A stretch of 43,689 nucleotides of DNA from Clostridia bacterium (GCA_045576675.1 JAZNGX010000072.1:1-43689); one strand, 5' to 3'; counted from the first letter of the stretch, positions 1 through 9,113 are shown. Notes: generated by a model from the letters alone, not told the origin. Made by a program: numbers and translations.

Positions 1-26
1 CCAAGTGTTCTTAAGGACACTTGGGC

Positions 27-200
27 AGTTTTATTCGCCTTACGGCGAGTGCTATTGCTACGCAGTGATATTTGAACTTCGTTCAAGTGATATTGCCTTC
101 GGCAGTTTATGGCGAATTAAATATCACTGAAATCGTAAGATTTCAATACCACTTCCCCAAAGGGAAATATCACTCTGTGCGAAAAGCGCAGAATATCACT
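27..200. repeat. Composite palindromic element (REP/REPIN-like): 4 direct 9-mers plus 4 inverted 9-mers separated by mini-hairpins
   Basis: AGTTTTATT 27-35, AGTGCTATT 48-56, AGTGATATT 64-72 and 86-94; reverse-complement copies AATATCACT 120-128, AATACCACT 145-153, AATATCACT 166-174 and 192-200; short hairpins lie between them. Confidence 0.75.
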
Positions 201-211
201 ATATAAAAAGT

Positions 212-250
212 ACTACCCGAAAAATCTCTTCTTCGGGTAGTTTTTTGTTT
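212..250 (+). terminator. Intrinsic terminator-like hairpin
   Basis: ACTACCCGAA-N10-TTCGGGTAGT followed by a T-tract; an A-run precedes it, so it may act on both strands. Confidence 0.6.
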
Positions 251-423
251 TATACTGTTACAAGCAGGGAATTTGTGTGCCAAATTCCGTTTTTATTAAA
301 GGTAACTGTCCTTAGGGAACCTGTTCCTTGTCTTCGTCTTATGTTAAATACACTCTCATCACGGAGGAGGGCAGTATGGGGGCAGCAATTCCAAATATAT
401 TTAAGGTATGTAAAAAACTGAGC

Positions 424-459
424 AAAAAAATAAAGCGTACTGCTTTTGCAGTACGCTTT
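424..459 (-). terminator. Intrinsic terminator of the secreted protein/peptide unit
   Basis: Perfect 12-bp stem AAAGCGTACTGC-TTTT-GCAGTACGCTTT; T7 run follows on the - strand, just after the peptide stop codon. Confidence 0.85.
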
Positions 460-472
460 GATATTTGTTATA

Positions 473-598
473 TTATGAATTGTTGTTCATTACCCAGTAT
501 GTGATTGTATCACCGTCTGTAGTATAAGTAGGAGCAGCAACGCTGTCTTTTACTTTGATATCAACAACTTCAACAGTTGGCTTTTTGTATTCTTTCAT
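473..598 (-). CDS. 41-aa peptide MKEYKKPTVEVVDIKVKDSVAAPTYTTDGDTITYWVMNNNS with a YxxP leader-like N-terminus
   Basis: Translated by hand (below ORF-track cutoff); SD AAGGAG upstream of the ATG; starts 27 nt after the upstream stop; terminator directly follows. Confidence 0.8.
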   Translation of the reverse strand: MKEYKKPTVEVVDIKVKDSVAAPTYTTDGDTITYWVMNNNS

Positions 599-625
599 TT
601 TATTCACTCCTTAACTTAATATTGA

Positions 626-1687
626 TTATTTAGAAATTATTGTACCGTATTTGTAAATACCTTTAGCTTTTACATATGTACGAGCTTTATAACCTGTCAT
701 TTCACCTTTAGCATCGATTACGTTGATACCCCAAGCGCCTTCGCTGTTTGAAGCGTGAGCCGTTAATACGTAAACACCATCAACATCTGCTACGAAGCTT
801 TCATCAGCGATATTTGCTGTTGTGAACAAGATACCAAATTCAACACCTTTAGCTTCAGCTTCAGGAGCTATTGTAGAGAACACTGAAACTTGCTTTGAAC
901 CTTCTTTAACACCCTTTGCTTCCAATTCAGCTGCAAGATCTGCGTTTTCAGGCTTTGTGTATGTTACAGGAGCTTCAAGATCTTCAGCTTTTAGGTCTTT
1001 AGTGATAACTGTTTCGTATGCGATTTCGTCTTCGCTATCTGTACCCCAGTTTGTATCAAAATCAAAGCTGTCTTCAGGAACTACAACCTTTGCAAAAGCA
1101 AGTGTTGAGTTAGCTGCGAATGCAAGTTCGAATGTTGCAACATTCTTTTCAACTGCTGCGTCGCTGTTTAATGTGTATGTATACTTTTCAGAACCTGTTA
1201 CATTAAATGAAACATTAGCATTAGGAGCAACGTAGATAACATCTGATGCATCAACTGTTACGCCAGCAGCTGTAACTGTAAGACCTTCTTCTACAGTAAC
1301 GTTAACTGTGTAATAACCTGCAACTTTTGTAGTAGCTGAATCTGTTTCACCAAAGTTAACTGCTTCACCGTCTGTACCAACGATAGCTGTTGCAGTTGAA
1401 ACATTAGCCATTTTTTCAGCAGCTACTGAATATGAGAAACTGAAAGCGCCGTTATCATCGGCTGTTGTCTGATCTACATAAAGAATAGTGTCTTTTGTAG
1501 GTTCTGCGTCTTTGTAAATAATGTGTGTTACTTCTTTACCTGCATCAGCTGTACCTGATGTAACAAGGCTTGCTTTACCTGTGCTGATGTCGTAAGTAAC
1601 TGTTGTGTTGTAAGAATTTGCAAATGCGGTTAAGGACATTGAACCTAGCATCATAACCGCTAACATGATGCATAATACTTTTTTCAT
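626..1687 (-). CDS. Secreted acidic Ala/Thr/Val-rich protein, probable cell-surface protein of unknown function
   Basis: Sec signal peptide MKKVLCIMLAVMMLGSMSLTAFA; SD GGGGAGAG before ATG 1687 (preferred over 1744); beta-strand-like composition; no SLH or LPxTG motif recognised. Confidence 0.8.
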   Translation of the reverse strand: MKKVLCIMLAVMMLGSMSLTAFANSYNTTVTYDISTGKASLVTSGTADAGKEVTHIIYKDAEPTKDTILYVDQTTADDNGAFSFSYSVAAEKMANVSTATAIVGTDGEAVNFGETDSATTKVAGYYTVNVTVEEGLTVTAAGVTVDASDVIYVAPNANVSFNVTGSEKYTYTLNSDAAVEKNVATFELAFAANSTLAFAKVVVPEDSFDFDTNWGTDSEDEIAYETVITKDLKAEDLEAPVTYTKPENADLAAELEAKGVKEGSKQVSVFSTIAPEAEAKGVEFGILFTTANIADESFVADVDGVYVLTAHASNSEGAWGINVIDAKGEMTGYKARTYVKAKGIYKYGTIISK

Positions 1688-1769
1688 AAAATACTCTCCC
1701 CCAATTTTTTTTGACTTTTTTGTTCCGGAGCCTCCCCGAAACATTCTCTTTCTATTTTTACATACATAT

Positions 1770-1798
1770 ATGATACATAATTTTCAAGAATTTGTCAA
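1770..1798 (-). promoter_or_regulatory. sigmaA-type promoter for the secreted protein gene
   Basis: TTGACA-N17-TATCAT on the - strand. Confidence 0.65.
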
Positions 1799-2016
1799 GA
1801 GAATTATTTATTTTCAATAAACAGTAATATACAATTATTTCTCTTTCTTTTAGTTAAAATGCACAAAGATTTTTTTACGTTAAAAAATACCATAAAAAAC
1901 GTTGCTTTTTCGGGGTTATATAACGTGCCGGGACGGTGATTTGCAGCTGTTTTATATAGTGCTTGATTATTAATGTAACAAATTTTTAAAAATATTAAAT
2001 TTTTTTTACAAAAGTA

Positions 2017-2045
2017 TTGATTTTTTCGAAAAAATACATTATAAT
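2017..2045 (+). promoter_or_regulatory. sigmaA-type promoter of the dcw operon
   Basis: TTGATT-N17-TATAAT. Confidence 0.65.
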
Positions 2046-2053
2046 AAAAATCA

Positions 2054-2080
2054 AGTGGTGGAATTGTGGTTTTTTGTGGT
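2054..2080 (+). promoter_or_regulatory. MraZ operator repeats
   Basis: GTGG repeats at 2055, 2066 and 2076 (about one helical turn apart) just downstream of the promoter, as known for mraZ autoregulation. Confidence 0.75.
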
Positions 2081-2117
2081 TTTTATTCCCAAAAATGAGA
2101 TGGTGGAGGTGAACGCA

Positions 2118-2543
2118 GTGCTTACAGGTGAATATCAACATAATATAGACGCAAAAGGCAGAATGATAGTGCCTGTTAAACTGCGTGAAGAGCTGGGCGA
2201 TACGTTTGTTATTACAAAGGGGCTGGACGGCTGCTTGTTTGCTTTGCCTATGCCTGAATGGGAAAAGCTTGATAATGAATTGCGTGACAAACCAATTTCC
2301 ACAAGCCGAAAAATTAAACGATTCTTTTATGCGAGCAAAACAGATTGCGAAATTGATGGTAACGGAAGAATACTTATTCCGCAGCCGTTAAGAGAATTTG
2401 CACAGATAGAAAAAGAAGTTGTAGTTGTTGGTGTTTCAACACGAGTTGAAATATGGAGCAAGGAAAACTGGGATAAAGAAAATGCAATGTTTGTTGATAA
2501 TTCTGACGAGGTTGCATTGCAGATGGAAGAGCTGGGAATATGA
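2118..2543 (+). CDS. mraZ: Transcriptional regulator MraZ
   Basis: GEYQHNIDAKGR and DGNGRILIP repeats; GTG at 2118 follows SD GGAGGT. Confidence 0.97.
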   Translation: MLTGEYQHNIDAKGRMIVPVKLREELGDTFVITKGLDGCLFALPMPEWEKLDNELRDKPISTSRKIKRFFYASKTDCEIDGNGRILIPQPLREFAQIEKEVVVVGVSTRVEIWSKENWDKENAMFVDNSDEVALQMEELGI

Positions 2544-3460
2544 CGGAGTTTAAGTTTCATCACATACCTGTTATGCTTAACGAATGCATCGATGGTTTGG
2601 ATATTAAAAAAGACGGAATTTATGTTGACGGAACGCTTGGCGGATGCGGTCATTCAAAGCATATAGTGAAAAACGGCGGTAAGGTTATCGGAATAGACCG
2701 TGATATGACAGCGATAAAAAATGCGGCAAACATATTGCCTGAAGCTATAACTGTTCACGATAATTACAGCAACATAAAAAATATTCTTAACAATTTAAAT
2801 ATAGATAGTATTGACGGAGCATTGCTTGATTTGGGCGTGTCATCATATCAGCTAGACACTCCTGAAAGAGGCTTTAGTTATCGTTATGATGCACCGCTTG
2901 ATATGCGTATGGATACTTCAAAAGGTGTTACTGCCTATGATGTAGTTAATGAATATTCAAAGGAAGAGCTTGAAAGTATATTTTTCAGATATGGTGAGGA
3001 ACAATATTCACGTTCTATTGCGGCAAGAATTGATGAACGCCGCAGGTTTTCGCCAATTAAAACTACTCTTGAGCTTGCAGATATTATAAAGTATGCTATT
3101 CCGCCAAAAGCAAGGCGAGATAAGCATCCTGCAAAAAAGGTGTTTCAGGCAATAAGAATTGAAGTTAATGGTGAGCTTGAGGTGCTTGGACAGACTGTTG
3201 AGGATTTTTGTGAGGTGTTAAAGCCAGGAGGCAGACTTGCAATAATAACCTTTCATTCTTTAGAAGACAGAGCAATAAAAAACACATTCAATAAGCTTGC
3301 AAAGGGCTGTGTTTGTCCGCCTGATTTTCCGATTTGCGTATGCGGCAACAAGCCGAAGGCGGAATTGCTTTCAAGAAAACCTGTATTACCTTCAAAAGAA
3401 GAACTTGAAATCAATCCGAGGTCAGCCAGTGCAAAGCTAAGGATATTAATTAAGAAATAA
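2540..3460 (+). CDS. rsmH: 16S rRNA m4C1402 methyltransferase
   Basis: HIPVML, DGTLGGCGHS, DLGVSSYQLD, FQAIRIEVN, NPRSASAKLR motifs. Confidence 0.97.
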   Translation: MTEFKFHHIPVMLNECIDGLDIKKDGIYVDGTLGGCGHSKHIVKNGGKVIGIDRDMTAIKNAANILPEAITVHDNYSNIKNILNNLNIDSIDGALLDLGVSSYQLDTPERGFSYRYDAPLDMRMDTSKGVTAYDVVNEYSKEELESIFFRYGEEQYSRSIAARIDERRRFSPIKTTLELADIIKYAIPPKARRDKHPAKKVFQAIRIEVNGELEVLGQTVEDFCEVLKPGGRLAIITFHSLEDRAIKNTFNKLAKGCVCPPDFPICVCGNKPKAELLSRKPVLPSKEELEINPRSASAKLRILIKK

Positions 3461-3483
3461 AAATTTTTACGGAGGAAAAGCGT

Positions 3484-3954
3484 ATGTATTATCCTACACG
3501 GGGTACAAGTGCATATAAGCCTGAGATCGTTGTTCCGCAACGTGAGTTAAAAAAAGCGGTTAACAATCAAAAATTACGCAAAAAGGCAAAGTCACAAAGA
3601 TTTTATGCAATGGTTGCTATTGCAACAATGTTTTTGCTTGTGTTTGCTTATCTTTCAAGAAGTGTACATATATATGGTCAGCGTGATGAAATTGCTCAGA
3701 AAACCGAACAGCTTGAAAACCTTAGAATGGCAAACGACCAGTTGAACGTGGAAATCAAGAGCTTGACTGACAGTTCAAGAATAGAGCAATACGCTTCTGA
3801 ACACCTTAATCTTAAAAAAATGGACTCTAATCAGATTGTATATCTTGACCAGACAACAGAAGACAATATGCAAAGGATAACAAAAAACAACGGCAACGGT
3901 ATTTTTAAAGGAATTTTCGGATTATTCGCAGGAGTTGTGGAATATTTGCGATAA
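3484..3954 (+). CDS. ftsL: Cell division protein FtsL-like
   Basis: Single TM segment plus coiled coil, RIEQYA..L motif, position after rsmH. Confidence 0.75.
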   Translation: MYYPTRGTSAYKPEIVVPQRELKKAVNNQKLRKKAKSQRFYAMVAIATMFLLVFAYLSRSVHIYGQRDEIAQKTEQLENLRMANDQLNVEIKSLTDSSRIEQYASEHLNLKKMDSNQIVYLDQTTEDNMQRITKNNGNGIFKGIFGLFAGVVEYLR

Positions 3955-4105
3955 TTGAAAAATAAATATGAATTATGTAATATATTGTAAATATGGTATA
4001 AGGGGGAATATCCTCTTATACTATTTTCGCTTTATAATATAGTATAAAATTTGTCGAAAGGGGAAGGGCTAAAGCTAATTCGGCTTTAAAACCTGTGGAG
4101 CTGCT

Positions 4106-6343
4106 ATGGCTGAAAATCACAAAAACAGCAAAAGAAAATCTATGACAAAGCTCAGTAAAAAGCGTGCGGTTATGGTAGGCTGGATTTTTATTGCGCTTTT
4201 GTTTGCCCTTGTTATAAGACTTGGTCATTTGCAGATTGTTCGTGGTGAGGAGCTGCGTAAGGCTGCTGCAGAACAGCAGGCAGGCGACCGTATGATAAGG
4301 TCAAAACGTGGTGATATACTTGACAGAAATGGTACACAGCTTGCGGTTTCGGCATCTGTTGAAACGATATCCGCTTCGCCTAAAATTGTTAAATCAAACA
4401 AAGATAACATATCGGTTGAAGAAGTGGCAAGTGGCTTAAGCCAGATACTTGAGCTTGATTATGATAGAGTTTATAAGCATCTTACTGCCAACACAGAATA
4501 TGAAAATCTAAAATCCAAGGTAGATAAAGAAACAGCCGATAAAGTACGAAGGTTTATAAATACCAACGACGTAATCGGAATTCAGATAGATCAGGATACA
4601 AAACGTTTTTATCCGTACGGAAATTTTGCCTCACACATAATTGGTACAACAGGCACTGATAATCAGGGCTTAAGCGGAATTGAAATGATGTACGACAAAT
4701 ATCTCAAAGGCTCACCGGGGCGTGTTATAACAGCGAAAACAGGCGGTGGTAAGGATATGCCGTTTGAGTATGAGAGAATGATTGACCCTACAGATGGCCT
4801 TAATGTTGTGCTTACAATAGACGAGTCTATTCAGCGTTTTGCGGAGAAACACCTTGAAACCGCAGTGCTTGAAAACAAGCTTGGTAACGGTGCTGCCTGC
4901 ATAGTTATGGAGGTAAAAACGGGCAATATACTGGCGATGACAACAAAGCCTGATTTTGACTTGAACAAGGCGTTTGAAATACAGGAGCCTGAAACTGCCG
5001 AAAAGCTAAAAGAGCTTGAAGGTGACGAATGGCTTGAGCTTTACAATCAATCATTGCAAAAACAGTGGCGAAATAAAGCTGTATCAGATACATACGAGCC
5101 GGGTTCTACTTTCAAAATTTTCACAATGGCAATGGCGTTGGAAGAAAAAACAAACAATCTTAATGATATGTTTTATTGCGGTGGCTCAAAGAGAGTTGGT
5201 GACAGAACAATAAGATGCTGGAAGGCGGGCGGTCACGGACAGCAAACATTTGTGCAGGCGGCTCAGAATTCCTGTAATCCGGCGTTTATTGACATTGGTG
5301 CAAATATCGGTGCAGAAAAGTTTTATAATTATTTTCAGGGCTTTGGCTTTATGAGAATGACTGGTATTGACCTTGCCGGAGAGGCCTTGGGACTGTTTCA
5401 TCAGCGTTCTAATTTCCACGAAATTCAGCTTGCAACCTCATCTTTCGGTCAGACCTTTAACGTAACACCATTGCAGATGATAACTGCGGTAAGTGCGGTT
5501 GCAAACGGCGGAAAGCTTATGCAGCCCAAGGTTGTAAAACAGCTTACAGACAGTGATGGAAACGTGGTTACAAATTACGAGGATGTTGTGGTAAGACAGA
5601 TTATATCGGAGGAAACCTGTAAAACACTTTGCGACATATTGGAATCAGTTGTTTCTGAAGGTGGTGGTTCCGGTACATACATAAAAGGCTATCGTGTTGC
5701 AGGAAAAACAGGTACTGCCGAAAAAGTGCCGAGAGGAACAGGAAAATACGTATCGTCCTTTATAGGCTTTGCACCGGCAGATGACCCACAGATTGCAGTT
5801 CTGGTTATGCTTGATGAACCTAACGGTCACGCATATTACGGTGGCGTAATTGCTACTCCGGTTGCAAGAAACATCTTTGAAGATACCCTTAATTATTTAA
5901 ATGTTGAGGCGGCATACACGCCTGAAGAATTGCTTACCTTGGAATCAACAGTACCGAATGTTACCGGCAAAACTGTTGAGGATGCAAAAAGAGCAATTGA
6001 AGCAAGTGGTTTAAAATGTAAAATAGACGGCGATGGAGAAACTGTTCTTAATCAAATTCCAAAAGGAGGAATTAAAGTTAATCAATCGTCAACAATAATG
6101 TTGTACACTACTGAAAATCAGGAGCCTGCACTTACTACAGTGCCAAACGTGCTTAACTGTTCGGCAACAAAAGCGTCAGAACTGATTTCTCAGGCAAATC
6201 TTAATATAAACATTGTTGGTGCGGGAGCAAATCCAAGTCAGAACAGTGTTGTGTCTTATAAGCAGGACCCTGCCGCAGGCACACAGGTTGAAATAGGCAG
6301 GATAGTAACGGTAGAATTTAAAAATTTGGAAGCAGGGGAGTGA
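4106..6343 (+). CDS. Class B penicillin-binding protein (SpoVD/FtsI type) with two PASTA domains
   Basis: RGDILDRNG, YEPGSTFK (SxxK), SCN, KTGT motifs; two C-terminal VPNV PASTA starts. Confidence 0.93.
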   Translation: MAENHKNSKRKSMTKLSKKRAVMVGWIFIALLFALVIRLGHLQIVRGEELRKAAAEQQAGDRMIRSKRGDILDRNGTQLAVSASVETISASPKIVKSNKDNISVEEVASGLSQILELDYDRVYKHLTANTEYENLKSKVDKETADKVRRFINTNDVIGIQIDQDTKRFYPYGNFASHIIGTTGTDNQGLSGIEMMYDKYLKGSPGRVITAKTGGGKDMPFEYERMIDPTDGLNVVLTIDESIQRFAEKHLETAVLENKLGNGAACIVMEVKTGNILAMTTKPDFDLNKAFEIQEPETAEKLKELEGDEWLELYNQSLQKQWRNKAVSDTYEPGSTFKIFTMAMALEEKTNNLNDMFYCGGSKRVGDRTIRCWKAGGHGQQTFVQAAQNSCNPAFIDIGANIGAEKFYNYFQGFGFMRMTGIDLAGEALGLFHQRSNFHEIQLATSSFGQTFNVTPLQMITAVSAVANGGKLMQPKVVKQLTDSDGNVVTNYEDVVVRQIISEETCKTLCDILESVVSEGGGSGTYIKGYRVAGKTGTAEKVPRGTGKYVSSFIGFAPADDPQIAVLVMLDEPNGHAYYGGVIATPVARNIFEDTLNYLNVEAAYTPEELLTLESTVPNVTGKTVEDAKRAIEASGLKCKIDGDGETVLNQIPKGGIKVNQSSTIMLYTTENQEPALTTVPNVLNCSATKASELISQANLNINIVGAGANPSQNSVVSYKQDPAAGTQVEIGRIVTVEFKNLEAGE

Positions 6344-7746
6344 TAACCGTGAACATTAACAAGCTTGTTAAAACTGATTTAGACATAGAGGTTACGGGGA
6401 TATGCTGCAATTCTGCTCTTGCACAGGCAGGAGACGTTTTTGTGGCAGTAACCGGATTTAGTACAGACGGCCATAAGTATGCTGCTGATGCACAGAAAAA
6501 AGGTGCGGTTTGCGTTGTGGCAGAACACGATATTGAAGATGTTACGATACCGGTTATAGTTGTTGAAAACACAAGAGTTGAAATAGCAAAAATGGCTCAT
6601 ATGTTTTACAACCACCCCACACACAGCTTTAAGCTTATCGGGGTTACAGGAACTAACGGTAAAACAACTGTGACATATCTTGTTAAGGCTATTCTGGAGG
6701 CTGCCGGCGAAAAGGTCGGACTTATCGGAACAAATCAGAATATGATTGGTGATGAGGTTTTTGCTACAGAACGTACAACTCCTGATTCTCTTGAGCTTGT
6801 ACAGCTTTTTGACAGAATGGCAAAAGCAAATTGCACATATGTTGTTATGGAGGTTTCGTCACATTCGCTTGAACTAAACAGAGTGCATGGCTGCGAGTTT
6901 GAAGTAAGCGCATTTACAAATTTCACGCAGGATCATCTTGATTTTCACAAAACAATGGAAAATTATCTTATGGCAAAGGCAAAGCTTTTCAAGGTGTGCA
7001 ATAAGGCTGTTATTAATATAGATGACGATGGAGGAAAACGTGTTTCTCAGGATATTGCGTGCAGTAAAATTACTTACGGTACTGTTGATGCTGATATAAC
7101 TGCAACTGAAATCAGTCAGTTCTCAAACGGTGTTGAATTTGTATGCCTTGGTGAAAAATTCAGAATTAACATTCCGGGGATGTTTTCGGTTTACAATGCT
7201 CTTGCGGCAATTTCAATATGTAAGGCACTGGGTGTTGAGCTTACGTTGATACGTGACACTCTTGCCAAGGCAAATGGTGTGAAGGGTCGCTTTGAGGTGT
7301 ATCCTACAAATGGTGATTATACTGTTATAATCGACTATGCACATTCACCTGACGGACTTCAAAATGTGCTTGAAACAATTAAAGGCTTCGCAAAAGGCAG
7401 AATTGTGGCACTTTTTGGTTGCGGTGGTGACAGAGATGCAAAAAAACGCCCGCTTATGGGTAAAATTGCAGGCGAGCTTGCTGATTTTTGCATAATTACA
7501 TCAGATAATCCGCGTTCTGAAGAGCCTGCGGCAATAATCCGTGATATACTTTCAGGAATGGAAAACGCCACAGCAGAATACGTGGTTGTTGAAAACAGAC
7601 ACGATGCAATCGAATATGCAATAAAGAATGCACAAAAAGGTGATGTTATCCTGCTCGCAGGCAAGGGGCATGAAACATATCAAATATTAAATGAAGGTAC
7701 TATACACTTTGATGAAAGGGAAGTTCTTGCCAAGTTTATCAAATAA
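6340..7746 (+). CDS. murE: UDP-MurNAc-tripeptide synthetase, meso-DAP type
   Basis: GVTGTNGKTT, MEVSSH, DYAH, DNPR (DAP specificity) motifs; start could be the GTG at 6349. Confidence 0.96.
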   Translation: MITVNINKLVKTDLDIEVTGICCNSALAQAGDVFVAVTGFSTDGHKYAADAQKKGAVCVVAEHDIEDVTIPVIVVENTRVEIAKMAHMFYNHPTHSFKLIGVTGTNGKTTVTYLVKAILEAAGEKVGLIGTNQNMIGDEVFATERTTPDSLELVQLFDRMAKANCTYVVMEVSSHSLELNRVHGCEFEVSAFTNFTQDHLDFHKTMENYLMAKAKLFKVCNKAVINIDDDGGKRVSQDIACSKITYGTVDADITATEISQFSNGVEFVCLGEKFRINIPGMFSVYNALAAISICKALGVELTLIRDTLAKANGVKGRFEVYPTNGDYTVIIDYAHSPDGLQNVLETIKGFAKGRIVALFGCGGDRDAKKRPLMGKIAGELADFCIITSDNPRSEEPAAIIRDILSGMENATAEYVVVENRHDAIEYAIKNAQKGDVILLAGKGHETYQILNEGTIHFDEREVLAKFIK

Positions 7747-7760
7747 ATGAGGTGTTTTTG

Positions 7761-9113
7761 TTGGAGTGTATTACAGTTAATGATGTTGTTTCTGCAGTGG
7801 GCGGAAGGCTTATATGCGGAAACGGACAGGATATTATTACTTCAATAACTACTGACAGCAGAAGCCTTGATGCAGATTTGTTTATTGCATTAAAGGGTGA
7901 ACGATTTGATGCAAATGATTTTGCTATGCAATACCTTAAAACAGGCAAAAGCGTTGTTGTCAGCCGTGAATTTGAACCTGTTGCAGACAAAAATGTTATT
8001 TATACAAACGATACTAATGCCGCACTTTTAAAGCTTGCGGCGTTTTACAGAAAGCTGTTTGAAATTCCGGTTATCGGCATAACCGGAAGTGTAGGAAAAA
8101 CAAGTACAAAAGAAATGATTTCTTCAGTTCTTTCAGTTAAAAACAGTGTTATGAAAACTGCGGGAAATTTCAATAACGAAATCGGTGTTCCACTTACTCT
8201 TTTTAATCTTGAAAAAACACATCAGTGTGCCGTTGTTGAGATGGGTATGAGTAATTTTGGTGAAATGAGCAGGCTTACTTCTGCGGTTTGTCCTGATATT
8301 GCAGTTATCACAAATATTGGCACGGCGCATATCGGGAATCTTGGCAGTCGCGAAAACATACTTAAGGCAAAGCTTGAGATAACTGAAAGTATGGGGGAAA
8401 AATCACTGCTTGTGTTAAATGGTGATGATAAGCTTTTGTGGAGTATGAAAGGTAAACTTCCTTTTGATATATTGTATTATGGAATAGAAAACAGTGACGC
8501 TGATATTGTTGCTGAAGATATTGTAACAGATGCTGATAAAAGTGAGTTTACGGCTATGAACAAACGATTTGTCATTAATACACCCGGTGAGCATAATGTT
8601 TATAATGCAATGGCTGCATATCTTGTAGGTAAACAGTTTGGTATGAATGACGATGATATATCAAAAGGTGTGTCACAATTCAGAAACTGTGGAATGAGAC
8701 AGAATGTTATAAAGCTTGACGGACTCACACTTATTGAAGATTGCTACAATGCAAGCTACGATTCTGTAAAGGCAGCCTTAAAGGTTTTAAAAAGCGTTGC
8801 AAAAGGCAGAACTGTTGCGGTGCTTGGTGATATTCTTGAACAGGGTAAGTATTCCCAAAAAATCCACTCGGACATTGGAACACTTGTTTCTAAAGGCAAA
8901 ATAGATGTATTGGTTACGGTTGGTGAAAGCTCTAAAATAATTGCAGAGGTTGCAAATATGGGAATGTGCTTTGATACAGCCGAGGATGCGGCAAATGCTG
9001 TCAGTGGCATTGTTGCCGAGGGAGATACTGTTTTGTTTAAAGGGTCACGCGGAATGCATCTTGAGGTTGTATGTGACAGGTTAAAAACATTTTGGAAGGA
9101 AAATAAGCTATGA
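7761..9113 (+). CDS. murF: UDP-MurNAc-pentapeptide synthetase
   Basis: TDSR, ITGSVGKTSTKE, NNEIGVP, DCYNA, KGSRG; start chosen by SD GAGGTG spacing (ORF open from 7752). Confidence 0.95.
   Translation: MECITVNDVVSAVGGRLICGNGQDIITSITTDSRSLDADLFIALKGERFDANDFAMQYLKTGKSVVVSREFEPVADKNVIYTNDTNAALLKLAAFYRKLFEIPVIGITGSVGKTSTKEMISSVLSVKNSVMKTAGNFNNEIGVPLTLFNLEKTHQCAVVEMGMSNFGEMSRLTSAVCPDIAVITNIGTAHIGNLGSRENILKAKLEITESMGEKSLLVLNGDDKLLWSMKGKLPFDILYYGIENSDADIVAEDIVTDADKSEFTAMNKRFVINTPGEHNVYNAMAAYLVGKQFGMNDDDISKGVSQFRNCGMRQNVIKLDGLTLIEDCYNASYDSVKAALKVLKSVAKGRTVAVLGDILEQGKYSQKIHSDIGTLVSKGKIDVLVTVGESSKIIAEVANMGMCFDTAEDAANAVSGIVAEGDTVLFKGSRGMHLEVVCDRLKTFWKENKL

Noticed and set aside
27-200. CRISPR array
   Set aside because: Repeats are only 9 bp, invert halfway, and spacers are mostly 7-17 nt hairpins; no cas genes in the window
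320-366. Hammerhead ribozyme on the - strand (GTGATGAG...ACGAAGAC)
   Set aside because: The CUGAUGA and GAAA core is not matched, and flanking stems pair better on the + strand
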